Shown in pieces: positions 63,713 through 64,000 of a stretch of DNA of 64,000 nt. Numbering within the stretch: the first letter of the stretch is position 1; the number at the start of each line of letters is the position of its first letter. Source of the DNA: Octopus bimaculoides (lineage: Eukaryota); the NCBI RefSeq assembly GCF_001194135.2, contig NC_068986.1:78165394-78229393 (forward strand), in the 5' to 3' direction. A model generated the notes under the pieces. It saw nothing but the letters and a program-made list of their open reading frames with translations, searched no databases and was not told the DNA's origin. The translations under genes and the position numbers were made by a program.

Positions 63713-63934
63713 GTAAAGAATAGAGTGTGTGTGAGTGAATTTATGTTTCCATGTGTATGTATAAAGAATACAAAATATCAAACTGTGCTTTAATGTATAC
63801 TGTGAGAATATTGATAATAAACATCTGAACTTAGATGAAATACATACTATATATCTACAATGTGTATCAATCCAAAGTTGTCTAGCAGAAAGGATGTACT
63901 TGCATTGAATTAAATAATCTCTGCATATGATGCA

Positions 63935-64000
<66 letters not shown>

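Overview
Repeat-dense, AT-rich eukaryotic genomic DNA from a gapped draft assembly. From the repeat landscape I infer a cephalopod, most likely Octopus; this is not verified. Nearly all ORFs in the supplied track are microsatellite or N-gap artefacts. Recognisable content: two decayed mariner (D34D) transposons, many 5'-truncated RTE LINE 3' ends, a young-looking R4/Dong-clade (restriction-like endonuclease) LINE fragment inside an (AAT)n tract, several tRNA-headed SINE families, TTAA-flanked and hAT-like MITEs, and Penelope-like remnants with hammerhead ribozyme motifs. A series of short + strand candidate exons with canonical splice sites and partly compatible phases may belong to a large unidentified host gene. 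Best leads: (1) an (AAT)n-targeting retroelement with a ~540 bp non-coding partner in the same tracts; (2) minimal hammerhead motifs with palindromic loop III; (3) a filled/empty mariner site pair; (4) a spacer-less ~330 bp inverted repeat of LINE tails. No complete protein-coding gene, genuine tRNA/rRNA gene or CRISPR array was seen. Repeat boundaries are approximate (by eye) unless TIRs or TSDs are quoted.
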